This document shows, piece by piece, positions 51,899-61,634 of a stretch of DNA of 64,000 nucleotides. Position 1 is the first letter of the stretch. Each line of letters starts with the position of its first letter. The translations under genes and the position numbers were made by a program. The stretch lies in contig JBDONT010000043.1 in assembly GCA_039831155.1 (NCBI GenBank), forward strand, positions 224,001 to 288,000, read 5' to 3'. This DNA is from Nautiliaceae bacterium. Lineage in GTDB: Bacteria > Campylobacterota > Campylobacteria > Campylobacterales > Nautiliaceae. The notes under the pieces are model-generated. The model searched no databases. It was not told the DNA's origin and worked only from the letters and a program-made list of their open reading frames with translations.

Positions 51899-52989
51899 AA
51901 CAACTCCTTTAATATTTTTAACGCTTCTTTTGTCTGATTTTCATCATATACAAGGGCAATTCTTACATATCCGATTCCTGCCCCTCTTCTACCCATAAAG
52001 CGTCCGGGCATTACTTTAACACCTCTTTTATAAGCTTCTTTTGTAAATTCTATATCATCATCTACCTCAAGCCATATATAAAAGGTGACTTTTGGAATAT
52101 CAACTCCCAAAATCTCTTTTGCAATTTCAAAGTTTTTCTTATAAGCTTTTCTAAACTCATCTACGTGAAAATCCTCACTCCACGCCTTTGCAGCAGCATA
52201 CTGCAAAGGAAGAGGGGAAGCACACCCCACATACGTTCTAAACTGAAGATAATTTTTAAGTATATTTCTATCTCCTGCAATATACCCACTTCTAAGCCCG
52301 GGGGCTGAACTTCTTTTTGAAATTGAATTTATTGCAAGTATATTTTTAAACTCTTTATTCCCTACATTTATTGAAGCCTCTAAAATACTTGGAGGTTTTT
52401 CATCAAAATATAACTCACTGTAACACTCGTCACTTAAAATTACAATATCTTTTTTTAGGGCGTATTCCACCCATTCACTAAGCTCATCCAAACTCATAAC
52501 ACTCGCTGTAGGATTGTTTGGAGAGTTTAAAATAATAAAATCTTCATCTCCGTCAAGTTGAGATATATTGTTTTTAAAAGAATTCTTTTTTGTTAAAGGC
52601 ATATATTTTACATTACTTCCGGCTGCAATTGCCGCACCTTCATATATCTGATAAAAAGGATTTGGAAAAGCCGTTTTTTTAGGTCTTAAAAAAAGTGAAA
52701 AATTAAACAAAACTTCTCTTGTACCGAATGTCGGTAAAAGCTCATCTTTTGTTAATTCAATACCGTATCTTCTTTTTACAAAACCCCTCTGTGATTCTTT
52801 TAAAACCTCCTCCCCGGCAGTTTTTGGATATTTGTTTAGATATTTAGAATTTTCGCATAAAGCCTCTTTTATAAAAGAAGGAGTCTCAAATTGAGGCTCT
52901 CCAATAGTTAGAGAATAAATTTTATCGCTACTAGGTTTTATATCTTTTAAAAGTTCGTTTAGTTTTTCAAAAGGATATTTCTCAAACAT
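51895..52989 (-). CDS. dapC: succinyldiaminopimelate transaminase (class I/II PLP aminotransferase)
   Basis: YPFEKL, LTIGEPQ, PNPFYQIYEGAA, SDECYSE, SISKRSSAPGLRSG. Confidence 0.88.
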   Translation of the reverse strand: MFEKYPFEKLNELLKDIKPSSDKIYSLTIGEPQFETPSFIKEALCENSKYLNKYPKTAGEEVLKESQRGFVKRRYGIELTKDELLPTFGTREVLFNFSLFLRPKKTAFPNPFYQIYEGAAIAAGSNVKYMPLTKKNSFKNNISQLDGDEDFIILNSPNNPTASVMSLDELSEWVEYALKKDIVILSDECYSELYFDEKPPSILEASINVGNKEFKNILAINSISKRSSAPGLRSGYIAGDRNILKNYLQFRTYVGCASPLPLQYAAAKAWSEDFHVDEFRKAYKKNFEIAKEILGVDIPKVTFYIWLEVDDDIEFTKEAYKRGVKVMPGRFMGRRGAGIGYVRIALVYDENQTKEALKILKELL

Positions 52990-52990
52990 T

Positions 52991-55153
52991 TTATTCCTCT
53001 AATGCAAGTTCTATTTTGAAACCACTTTGAGATAGAACTTTTACTTTTATTTTATCTCCTACGTTAAAATCGCTAGGATTTTTTCCGTTTAACTTAGACT
53101 TGTGTAAAAGCCCCTCCACACCCGGAGCTATTTCAACAAACATTCCAAAATCAACTATTCTTTTTATTTCACCCTCAAGCACTTTTCCAACTTCAAATTC
53201 CGGAATTTTAGGTTTATCATCTTTACATACTACGTTAAGAATATAATCTTTGGCTCCGTTTAAAGATTCGTGGTCGTCTCCGTAGATTTTAACTTTTCCG
53301 GTTTCTCTATCAAGGTCTATAGTCACTCCGAATTTTGCGATAATCTCTTTTACGGTTTTACCCGCAGTTCCTATGATATCTATAATTTTTTCCGGTTCAA
53401 CTTTAAAACTTACGGCTTTTGGCAAGATATCTTCGTTATATTTTATCTCTTTTGCTGCATTTTCCATTATCTCTAAAATAAACGCCCTAGCGTCTCTTGC
53501 CTGATAAAGAGCCTCTTTTAACACATCAAGAGAAATACCACCCAGTTTTATATCCATTTGCATTGCAGTAATTCCGTCAAACGTTCCTGCTACTTTAAAG
53601 TCCATATCTCCGTCGTGGTCTTCAAGTCCCATAATATCAGTTAAAATCGCATATCTATTACCTTCTGTAATAAGCCCCATCGCAATACCGGCCGCCATTT
53701 TAAGAAGAGGCACTTTTGCAGCTTTTAAAGCAAGTGAACTCGCACAAACAGTCGCCATTGAAGAACTTCCGTTACTCTCAAGTATTTCACTTACAACCCT
53801 TACCGTTTCATCAAATTCCGGGTCAAGCAAAGGTTCTATCGCTCTTTTTGCAAGGTTTCCGTGACCTAGTTCGCGTCTGCTTGGAGGTCCAAGTCTCTCG
53901 GCTTCACCTACACTAAATGAAGGGAAGTTATAGTGAAGCATAAATTTTTCAAGTTTTTCTTCTTTATCGGTTAAGTTACCGTAAACCTGGGCATCCATAT
54001 CTCCACCACGGGTTGCAACTGCCAGTGCTTGAGTCTGACCTCTTGTAAACAGACAACTTCCGTGTGCCCTTGGAAGTAGATTCGTTTCTATAGTAATAGG
54101 TCTGATTTCATCAAGTTTTCTCCCATCAGCCCTAACTCCCTCATCTAAAATCATACTCCTTACAATTTCTCTTTTTACCTGTTTAACGGCTTTTAAGATG
54201 TTTTCAAACTCATCTTCGTTTATACTCTTAGCTATTTTTCTAGCAAACTGTTTTAATAAATAATCTCTTTCACTTTTGCTTAAGTGTTTGATAATCTCTC
54301 TTAATTCATCCGAATATTTTTCTTTAATTAATTTAACGTATTCGCTAATATCCGCTTCTTTTTTTTCTTCAAATTCAATAGGTTCTTTTTTAAACTCTTT
54401 AAGAGCATCTTCATAAACACTCGCACCCTCTTTTATAGCCTCTTGAACTTTTGTTAAAATTTCTATAAGTTCATCTTCTTTTATTTCGTTAATCTTATAT
54501 TTAACCAACGTATTCTCCACCGGTGCCCCGTCTAATAACACATCATCAACCGGGATAACCTCAACTTCTTCCTGTCCTTGAGCCGCAAACTCTATCATTA
54601 AAAGTTCGTCTTTGGTACCTGTAACAAAAAGATTAAAATCCCCTTCTTCAAGTTGAGAGAGTGTAGGATTTATAATAAGCTCTCCGTTAATTCTAGTAGC
54701 CCTTACTCCATATACCATTTTAGCAAAAGGAAGTTCACTCAAATACATACACGCCGCAGCGGCATTCATAGCAGCCGTTTGCAAGTCACTGTTTTCATCG
54801 GCACTTAAAGCCATAACGGTCATTACGGTATTGTATCCGTACTCTTTAGGAAAAAGCGGTCTAAGACTTCTATCTACAATTCTTGCCGTTAACGTTTCAA
54901 AATCTCCGGGTTTTTGCTCCCTTTTTACAAATCCGGCCGGAATTTTCCCTACCGCATACGCTTTTTCCACATACTGAACTACAAAAGGAACAAAATCCTC
55001 TTCCACAAGCTCATCCGGATTATAAGTTAAAGTAGCAAGCATTACGGTATTTCCGTCTTCAAACCACACAGAAGACGCAGCCTGTTTCGCTACTTTATTT
55101 AAAACAAATTTTTGTTTTCGATTGTTTACGTTTACTACTACTTCACAACTCAT
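52991..55153 (-). CDS. pnp: polyribonucleotide nucleotidyltransferase (PNPase)
   Basis: DRSLRPLFP, FTRGQTQ, RRELGHGNLA, SNGSSSMA, GDMDFKVAG, KH and S1 domains. Confidence 0.98.
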   Translation of the reverse strand: MSCEVVVNVNNRKQKFVLNKVAKQAASSVWFEDGNTVMLATLTYNPDELVEEDFVPFVVQYVEKAYAVGKIPAGFVKREQKPGDFETLTARIVDRSLRPLFPKEYGYNTVMTVMALSADENSDLQTAAMNAAAACMYLSELPFAKMVYGVRATRINGELIINPTLSQLEEGDFNLFVTGTKDELLMIEFAAQGQEEVEVIPVDDVLLDGAPVENTLVKYKINEIKEDELIEILTKVQEAIKEGASVYEDALKEFKKEPIEFEEKKEADISEYVKLIKEKYSDELREIIKHLSKSERDYLLKQFARKIAKSINEDEFENILKAVKQVKREIVRSMILDEGVRADGRKLDEIRPITIETNLLPRAHGSCLFTRGQTQALAVATRGGDMDAQVYGNLTDKEEKLEKFMLHYNFPSFSVGEAERLGPPSRRELGHGNLAKRAIEPLLDPEFDETVRVVSEILESNGSSSMATVCASSLALKAAKVPLLKMAAGIAMGLITEGNRYAILTDIMGLEDHDGDMDFKVAGTFDGITAMQMDIKLGGISLDVLKEALYQARDARAFILEIMENAAKEIKYNEDILPKAVSFKVEPEKIIDIIGTAGKTVKEIIAKFGVTIDLDRETGKVKIYGDDHESLNGAKDYILNVVCKDDKPKIPEFEVGKVLEGEIKRIVDFGMFVEIAPGVEGLLHKSKLNGKNPSDFNVGDKIKVKVLSQSGFKIELALEE

Positions 55154-55752
55154 TATTTCTCCTTAAAATAAAAATCTGTATCAATGAAATCCTCTATTTC
55201 ATAAACAAAGAAGGTATTATCAACTAATTTTTCAACTACCTTAGCCGTTTCTTTCGCAATAACCGGTATAGCTAAGTTTATACTAGCGGCTTTTTTCGAA
55301 ATACAGCTTTTAATAGCACATAAAAGAGTAAGACCGGTATTAGCCCCTTCGTCTACTAATAAAACATTTCTATTGTGTAATGAAATTATACTCTCTCCAC
55401 CACGAAATTTATATACATTTTGCAAAATTTTTTCCTCATAAACCCTTTCAGCCTCAGAAAATATATAATCATCCGTTATCTCAAAAGATTCTACAAGTTC
55501 TTCTATCAAAATATAATCCTTAGTCTCACTAATAGCAGCTAAAGAAGTTTCTTTATTCTCCGGAGATTTTATCTCTTCTATAAATAAAAAATCCCCTTCT
55601 AAAAATCCGCCTCTAATTCCTATTTCCCTAGCGTAAAAGTTTCCGTTTTCACTTATACTTAATACAATAACATCCTCCATTTTAGAAAAATCTATAATAT
55701 CTAAAAGTTTATTTAAAGCTTCTTCTTTATTTGCAAATTGTTTCATCATCAA
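55153..55752 (-). CDS. phosphoribosyltransferase-like protein
   Basis: F.N.EEA..KL at the N-terminus, VLLVDEGANTGLT PRPP-loop-like motif, AIPV. Exact start among three ATGs is uncertain. Confidence 0.75.
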   Translation of the reverse strand: MMMKQFANKEEALNKLLDIIDFSKMEDVIVLSISENGNFYAREIGIRGGFLEGDFLFIEEIKSPENKETSLAAISETKDYILIEELVESFEITDDYIFSEAERVYEEKILQNVYKFRGGESIISLHNRNVLLVDEGANTGLTLLCAIKSCISKKAASINLAIPVIAKETAKVVEKLVDNTFFVYEIEDFIDTDFYFKEK

Positions 55753-55999
55753 ACCTTAAAGTTTTTTAAAAATTCTCCCGGATACTGTCTTTTTATCTCA
55801 TCTTCAGAAAAACTGAACCTGTAATTTTTAATATACTCTTTTAAAATTTCATACGCCCTGTTTATCTTTGTAATTTTATCATTTTTTTGTGAAATATCGG
55901 GATGATATTTTTTTACCAGTTTTTTATACTTATTAGTTATTTCCTCAAATGTACTCAAAGGGGCTATTCCCAAAACTTCACAAGCCCACTTTATTTCAT
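55749..55999 (-). CDS. small DnaJ (J-domain) protein, start ambiguous
   Basis: CEVLGI...YKKLVKKYHPD...INRAYEIL; the frame is open upstream of the called TTG at 55973. Confidence 0.75.
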
Positions 56000-57403
56000 C
56001 TATTTTAGAAACGATGTCGCACCTCCGCTAAGAATTGTTTTTAAGTCGTTATCCTTAAACTTAACACCAACTCCCAAGAAAAACGTCCTGGCATTTACAT
56101 TTAAAATATTATCGACCCCACCTATTAATTGAATATGTTTTAAAAACGTATAAGCGGCTTTTAAATCCAAATGAGGGTTATTTCCTCTTACGTCGTTAAT
56201 TGCATTAAAGTCATATATATCCCCACTAAACACCAACCTGTCTTGTTTTATAAAATAATCAAATCCTAAACCTCCCGTATTTTGAATAATACCTCCTCTT
56301 AACATTAAATTATCAAATCTTTTTCCGTATTCTGCACTTATATAAACCTTGTCTTCCTGATGGTTTTTGTCTATATTGGCAAGATTTGTATAATCTTTTG
56401 TACTTGTAATTCCCAAAATATAATATTTAGTAGGAACCGGCAAGTAAGCTATATAGGCACTAGTTTTAAAATAATCGTCTTTTAGCATATAGTTACTTTG
56501 AATATCCACTAAAATCTGACTTTTGGTTAAAGCCCCCAAGTAATTATCAAGTTTCTTAAAGCTATCTCCTCCTCTAGCAAAAAAATATTCGGCTTTTTTT
56601 ATAGCTTTTTTTAAAGAATCGTTATTTTCGGTTAAAATATCGTTAGCATTTCTTCCCAAAGAAGTATATTCTTTTAAAAGAGGTTTTAACTCCGAATTAA
56701 GAATTAAACCGACTTTGTTAAGTTTCGTAAATAAAGAATCCGTTTTATTTAAAATCGAAGGAAGTTTCTTATTAACATTCATTCCTATTTTTTTATATTC
56801 ATATAAAGTATCGTTTGCATTTTTAAGCAATTTAGGCAATTTAACATTCAAATTGTTTAAAACCTTTTTTAAATAAATAGAAGAATCTTTAATATTAGAT
56901 ACCGTCTCTTTCAAATCGTTTAAAGATTTTTTATCCAATAATTTATTAGCTTTTCTCATAAACACGCGAAAATCGTTTACGGCTTCATTAAAATTATTCA
57001 TAACATCATCCAGCGAAGCTACTTTTAAATATTTGGTAAGTTCTCCTTTAGGCTGTAAATAAACTTCACTATTACCTGGTATGATTTTTACATATCTTCC
57101 GCCTAAAAAATTATCCTGAGTCAACGTAACAAGAGAATCACTTGGAATTTCCACACCTTTTTGAATAAACAATTTAAGTTTTACCCCATCTCTTACTAAA
57201 CTCAAATCCTCAACATCCCCTACAATCACCCCTTTCATTTTTACTTTGGCTTTTTTGTTAAGGCCACTTGCGTCATTTACAACGGCATAGATGTAATAAC
57301 CTTTTTTATTAAAATTTTGTAAACTGTTAACCTGAAATGTAAGAAACATCAAAGAAACCAATCCTAAGAATATAAAAATTCCTACTTTTATTTCAGTTTT
57401 CAT
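56000..57403 (-). CDS. MlaD/MCE-domain protein with long helical extension
   Basis: MKTEIKVGIF TM anchor, DASGL.K.AKVKMKGV.VG.V, LGGRYV.I.PG. Confidence 0.88.
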   Translation of the reverse strand: MKTEIKVGIFIFLGLVSLMFLTFQVNSLQNFNKKGYYIYAVVNDASGLNKKAKVKMKGVIVGDVEDLSLVRDGVKLKLFIQKGVEIPSDSLVTLTQDNFLGGRYVKIIPGNSEVYLQPKGELTKYLKVASLDDVMNNFNEAVNDFRVFMRKANKLLDKKSLNDLKETVSNIKDSSIYLKKVLNNLNVKLPKLLKNANDTLYEYKKIGMNVNKKLPSILNKTDSLFTKLNKVGLILNSELKPLLKEYTSLGRNANDILTENNDSLKKAIKKAEYFFARGGDSFKKLDNYLGALTKSQILVDIQSNYMLKDDYFKTSAYIAYLPVPTKYYILGITSTKDYTNLANIDKNHQEDKVYISAEYGKRFDNLMLRGGIIQNTGGLGFDYFIKQDRLVFSGDIYDFNAINDVRGNNPHLDLKAAYTFLKHIQLIGGVDNILNVNARTFFLGVGVKFKDNDLKTILSGGATSFLK

Positions 57404-59391
57404 TCTTTTCCTTTAAATATAAAAGTTTGATTAACACCTCCAATAGGTACAAGTTCTATACTAAAAGAAACCATATTGTCTTTTCTATAAAAAATACCAC
57501 TCTCTTTTAATACCGGTATTCTTGACTGTTTAAAACTAACATTATATCTCCAACACTTCTTATTTAATTTAACGCCTATTAACCAGTATTTTACGTATTT
57601 GTTTTCTATGTCATAACTGTGCGAAAAATAGATATTTTTAAAAGAATTTATATTATACCCTAAATTTGTAATAATCGTACGGGAAGAGCTTTTTCTGTAA
57701 ATATGGTTAACAGAGGCAGAGAAAGGGGCTTTTGAATAAGAAATTTTAAAGTTATTATAATTTACATCTTTTTCTTCCAACGAATATCTGTTATTTTCAG
57801 AAATAGAAAAATTGCCTATTTTAATATTTAAAATATTTTCCAAATCCGAATATTTTTTAAGTTTTAAGTAATAAGTTTCGTTTAATGTATGTGTTAAACT
57901 GAAAGTTTCATTCTCAAAAATCTGAAACAGATTAAAATTAACATAATCCTGTAAATTCGGAACACTGATTAAATCAGAGTATATCTCTGATTTGGTATAA
58001 TTTTTTAAATTAAAAGTTAAAGACGGATTTATAATATGAATCGAGTTACTTTTTTTCCTCACTAAAGAGTCATAAAATTTTATTTGGGTAGAAAGACTCA
58101 TATATCTTGAACGGTTTGAATCTTCCTGATAATAAAACCCGTATCCTCCGTCAAAAAGTTCTGTAACTTTTACTTTTAAATAATCATCAAAAAAACTCCA
58201 ATAATAAGAAACCGGAAGTAAAATATCACCGACTAAATAGTTCGAACCCTTTTTCCTGTAATAATTGTAAACATTTAAATCATAAGAAGTTAAAAAGCCT
58301 TTTGTCTTAGATAACAACCTATGCAGATTCAATTGAGGCAAAATCTGCCAAGTATCATCATTATTTATTTTTGAAGTATCTATAAAATATTTAAAATAAA
58401 CTCCATAAAGCATAATGGGTGTCGGATAAATGTAGTTAATATTAGAAGTTATAATTTTATCTGACAAATAAGCCGTATCAAAACGGTAATTATAAGCATC
58501 CAAATAAAAATAATCCACATCGTTTGCATATTTTAAATTAACATACAAAGAGTCCGGGTTAAAAATAAGAGAATTTTTTTCATAAAAAACAGTATAACCG
58601 TAATGTTTCCGATGGGCTAAATTGTTTTTTTCATAATATTTCGTGTAATCTTTAAAATACCCACCTTTTATATATCCGTTTGAATGTGGAGAGTCTACAA
58701 ACCTAAAAGTCGCATAAACCCCTCTTCCTCTTAAATTACGCACAGTAGGAGTAATTTCCAAATCTGTATTAATAGAAGTTACGAAATAGATAGGTTGGGA
58801 ATATAAAACTCCCTCATTACTTGAATAACCTACATAAGGTTTTAAAAGTCCACTTCTTCTTGTTTTATCAAAATTCAAATAAAGATAAGGAAGATAAAAA
58901 ACCGGAACTTTATTAATAATTAAAACAAGGTTATAAAGCCTTAAAGATTTATCCTTTTTATTGTAATCGGCCTTGGAAACTTTCATATACCAATCCGAGT
59001 TTTTAACGCAACACGTTGAAAAATAGCTTTTTTTAAAATGTATAATATCATTTAAAGAGTGGGCATAATTGGCAATAATCCACCCTTGCATATTAAAGTC
59101 GTAAAAAAAGACGTCTTTTAAGGTAATATCTTTTGAAGAGTAAGCAATTAAAGAATCTGCAGAAATCACAGACTGATTTTTTCTATAAATGAAAACCTTA
59201 TCTTTTAAAATAATTTTTCTTTTATTTAATACCACCCCTTCTTTTGCTTGAATAATAGCGTCTTTATAAAAGATAATAGGATTAAATAAAATAATTTTAT
59301 TTTTTTTATCAACTGCTTTAGTACCCAGTATTTTTGTTTGAGCAAACAAAAAAGAGGCAAAAAAAATTAAAAAGCTAATCCTCAATAACAA
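57400..59391 (-). CDS. lptD: LPS-assembly protein LptD
   Basis: Signal peptide, FSTCC, VPVFYLPY, RRSGLL.P, aromatic-rich beta strands, KKCW near the C-terminus. Confidence 0.85.
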   Translation of the reverse strand: MLLRISFLIFFASFLFAQTKILGTKAVDKKNKIILFNPIIFYKDAIIQAKEGVVLNKRKIILKDKVFIYRKNQSVISADSLIAYSSKDITLKDVFFYDFNMQGWIIANYAHSLNDIIHFKKSYFSTCCVKNSDWYMKVSKADYNKKDKSLRLYNLVLIINKVPVFYLPYLYLNFDKTRRSGLLKPYVGYSSNEGVLYSQPIYFVTSINTDLEITPTVRNLRGRGVYATFRFVDSPHSNGYIKGGYFKDYTKYYEKNNLAHRKHYGYTVFYEKNSLIFNPDSLYVNLKYANDVDYFYLDAYNYRFDTAYLSDKIITSNINYIYPTPIMLYGVYFKYFIDTSKINNDDTWQILPQLNLHRLLSKTKGFLTSYDLNVYNYYRKKGSNYLVGDILLPVSYYWSFFDDYLKVKVTELFDGGYGFYYQEDSNRSRYMSLSTQIKFYDSLVRKKSNSIHIINPSLTFNLKNYTKSEIYSDLISVPNLQDYVNFNLFQIFENETFSLTHTLNETYYLKLKKYSDLENILNIKIGNFSISENNRYSLEEKDVNYNNFKISYSKAPFSASVNHIYRKSSSRTIITNLGYNINSFKNIYFSHSYDIENKYVKYWLIGVKLNKKCWRYNVSFKQSRIPVLKESGIFYRKDNMVSFSIELVPIGGVNQTFIFKGKE

Positions 59392-59820
59392 CGCATTTCC
59401 CTACAATATCGTGAATTGCCCTATTAAGTGGGTCAAATATCGCATAAGCCATCCCCATATAAAAAAACATTTCATCGAAATTTCTTACAAAACTTCTCAA
59501 AAATGCCCTCAAATGAGAAGGATTATCAAGAGTCTCAATATCCACAACCCTTATTTTGGTAACCATTTTACCGATTGTTTTGCCGTATAATGCTACAAAA
59601 ATCCAATGATAAATAGTATAAGCTATAAATATAAAACCAAAAAGTTTATCAACTAAAATCATCATTTCTTCTCATGTTTTCGCATTGGCAAAAGAGTTGA
59701 AAAAGCAATTACAATTAAAATCGAAATAAGCATATCGTCAATCGTCATCGCTATGATTCTTTTAGAAAGAGAGGCTACTTTTAGCTCTTCTCTTTCTAGT
59801 TTTGTAATAATATCTTCCAT
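59375..59820 (-). pseudogene. RDD family membrane protein, disrupted
   Basis: ATG 59820 gives [29 protein letters not shown] (RDD motif), stopping at 59662; the C-terminal half (YGKTIGK...RAIHDIVGK) is in another frame. Confidence 0.8.
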
Positions 59821-61076
59821 TACTTCTCCAAAGCTTGATATGCTATGTCACGTCTATACTTTTTACCATCAAAATGAACTCTATCTACAATCTTATAAGC
59901 CTCATCTCTTGCCTCTTTTACATCTTTTCCAAACCCGACACAAACTAAAACTCTCCCACCTGTTGCCATTAATTTTCCGTCAATCTTTTTAACTCCTGCA
60001 TATGCTATATATCCATTACAATCACTTAAATCATCTACTTTAATTTCAGCTGGTTCACTACTTGAATATGGATAATTTTTGCTTGCACAAACAACTCCTA
60101 CTGCTACCATATCTTTTATTTTTACATCAATTTTATCAAGCTGTTTTGTAGAGGCGTTTTTAAACATGTCATATAAACTACTATCAATTAAAGCCATAAG
60201 CTCTTCACACTCTGGGTCTCCAAATCTTACATTATATTCAAGCACATATGGCTCATTATCTACAATCATAAGTCCTATAAACAATACTCCCTCAAACGGA
60301 GCCCCTTCTTTTTGCATTCCTTTTAGAGTTGGACGAATAATTTTTTCTTTTACTTTCTCATATAGTTCATCATTTACAAGAGGAGTTGGTGCATATGCTC
60401 CCATCCCTCCTGTATTTGGTCCTTTATCTCCATCAAGAAGTCTTTTGTGGTCTTGGGCTGCTGGAAGCAAAATAAAATCCTCGCCATCACAAATTGCAAA
60501 CATACTAAGCTCATACCCATCTAAAAACTCTTCTACAATTACTCTCTTACCGGCATCTCCAAACATCTCACCACTAAGCATCCCATCAACCGCTTTTTTA
60601 GCATCTTCTTTACTTTCAGCAATAATCACCCCTTTTCCTGCACAAAGCCCATCAGCCTTTACAACAATTGGAGTCTTTTTGCACTCATCTATAAATTTAT
60701 ACGCTTCTTCTTTATTTGAAGTTTCAATATATTTTGCAGTAGGGATATTATATTTTTTTAAAAAGTTTTTCATATAAACTTTACTACCTTCAAGCTGTGC
60801 AGCCTCTTTGCTCGGACCAAAAATTGTAAGCCCCTCTTCTTTAAAAACATCAACTATTCCCTTAACCAACGGGTCTTCCGGACCAACAATTGTAAGGTCG
60901 ATACTGTTTTCTTTTGCCCACTTTGCCAATTCTTTAAAATCTTTTATATCAATATTTGTAGCAAACTCTTCTGTCGCTCCGTTTCCCGGTGCATAAAAAA
61001 TTTCCGCTTCATCTTTTAAAAAATATCCGATACTATACTCTCTTCCACCACTTCCAACAATTAAAACTCTTTTCAT
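59820..61076 (-). CDS. purD: phosphoribosylamine--glycine ligase
   Basis: [55 protein letters not shown]. Confidence 0.98.
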   Translation of the reverse strand: MKRVLIVGSGGREYSIGYFLKDEAEIFYAPGNGATEEFATNIDIKDFKELAKWAKENSIDLTIVGPEDPLVKGIVDVFKEEGLTIFGPSKEAAQLEGSKVYMKNFLKKYNIPTAKYIETSNKEEAYKFIDECKKTPIVVKADGLCAGKGVIIAESKEDAKKAVDGMLSGEMFGDAGKRVIVEEFLDGYELSMFAICDGEDFILLPAAQDHKRLLDGDKGPNTGGMGAYAPTPLVNDELYEKVKEKIIRPTLKGMQKEGAPFEGVLFIGLMIVDNEPYVLEYNVRFGDPECEELMALIDSSLYDMFKNASTKQLDKIDVKIKDMVAVGVVCASKNYPYSSSEPAEIKVDDLSDCNGYIAYAGVKKIDGKLMATGGRVLVCVGFGKDVKEARDEAYKIVDRVHFDGKKYRRDIAYQALEK

Positions 61077-61109
61077 TCTAGCCCTTTTTTACGAAATTAT
61101 AACAAATTA

Positions 61110-61571
61110 TTATCTTAAATGCTGACCTGTCACTATCGCATAAACAACCGGCCAAATTAACAATAAAATCATAAAAACTGCAAAAATGACAGCCCAGATA
61201 TTCGGTTTTGCTTTTTGTTTTAAACACTCGATATCGGGTAAGTGAACTCCCCCGCATCTGTCAACATCGGTTGAAAATTTATTAAGGTATAAAAAATAGT
61301 AACAAAACCCACCAAGTATAGAGTTTATAACAACCATTCCCGGTAAATAAAAATACCCGACCATTAAAGAAATCAAAAGAACTGCAACAGCTTCCAAATA
61401 AGCCCTTCTGTATAAAAGATAAAACCACCCGAATAAAAATCCCCATAAATTAAATCTGGGCTTACAATCTCCCAAGCCGTCATCCCTTATAAGCTCCTCA
61501 AAAATCTTTTCATCTTTAGCAGTTAATTTAGGATAGATTTTTTTTAAAATATTTAAATACTTTTCTTTCAT
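61110..61571 (-). CDS. DUF2628-like membrane protein
   Basis: FNLWGFLFGWFYLLYRRAY motif with several TMs. Start set at ATG 61571. Confidence 0.7.
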   Translation of the reverse strand: MKEKYLNILKKIYPKLTAKDEKIFEELIRDDGLGDCKPRFNLWGFLFGWFYLLYRRAYLEAVAVLLISLMVGYFYLPGMVVINSILGGFCYYFLYLNKFSTDVDRCGGVHLPDIECLKQKAKPNIWAVIFAVFMILLLIWPVVYAIVTGQHLR

Positions 61572-61634
61572 TTTTGACCTTTTTGAGCTGAAGTTTTGCA
61601 AAATTTAGTAAAATTATAATAAAAAAGGTAGCTT

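Noticed and set aside
59640..59674. In-frame TGA in the RDD gene as possible selenocysteine
   Set aside because: No convincing SECIS-like hairpin downstream, the position is not a Cys/redox site, and a frameshift is also needed.
60079..60777. 232-aa + strand ORF
   Set aside because: Antisense shadow of purD; Ser/Pro-rich, no RBS or motif.
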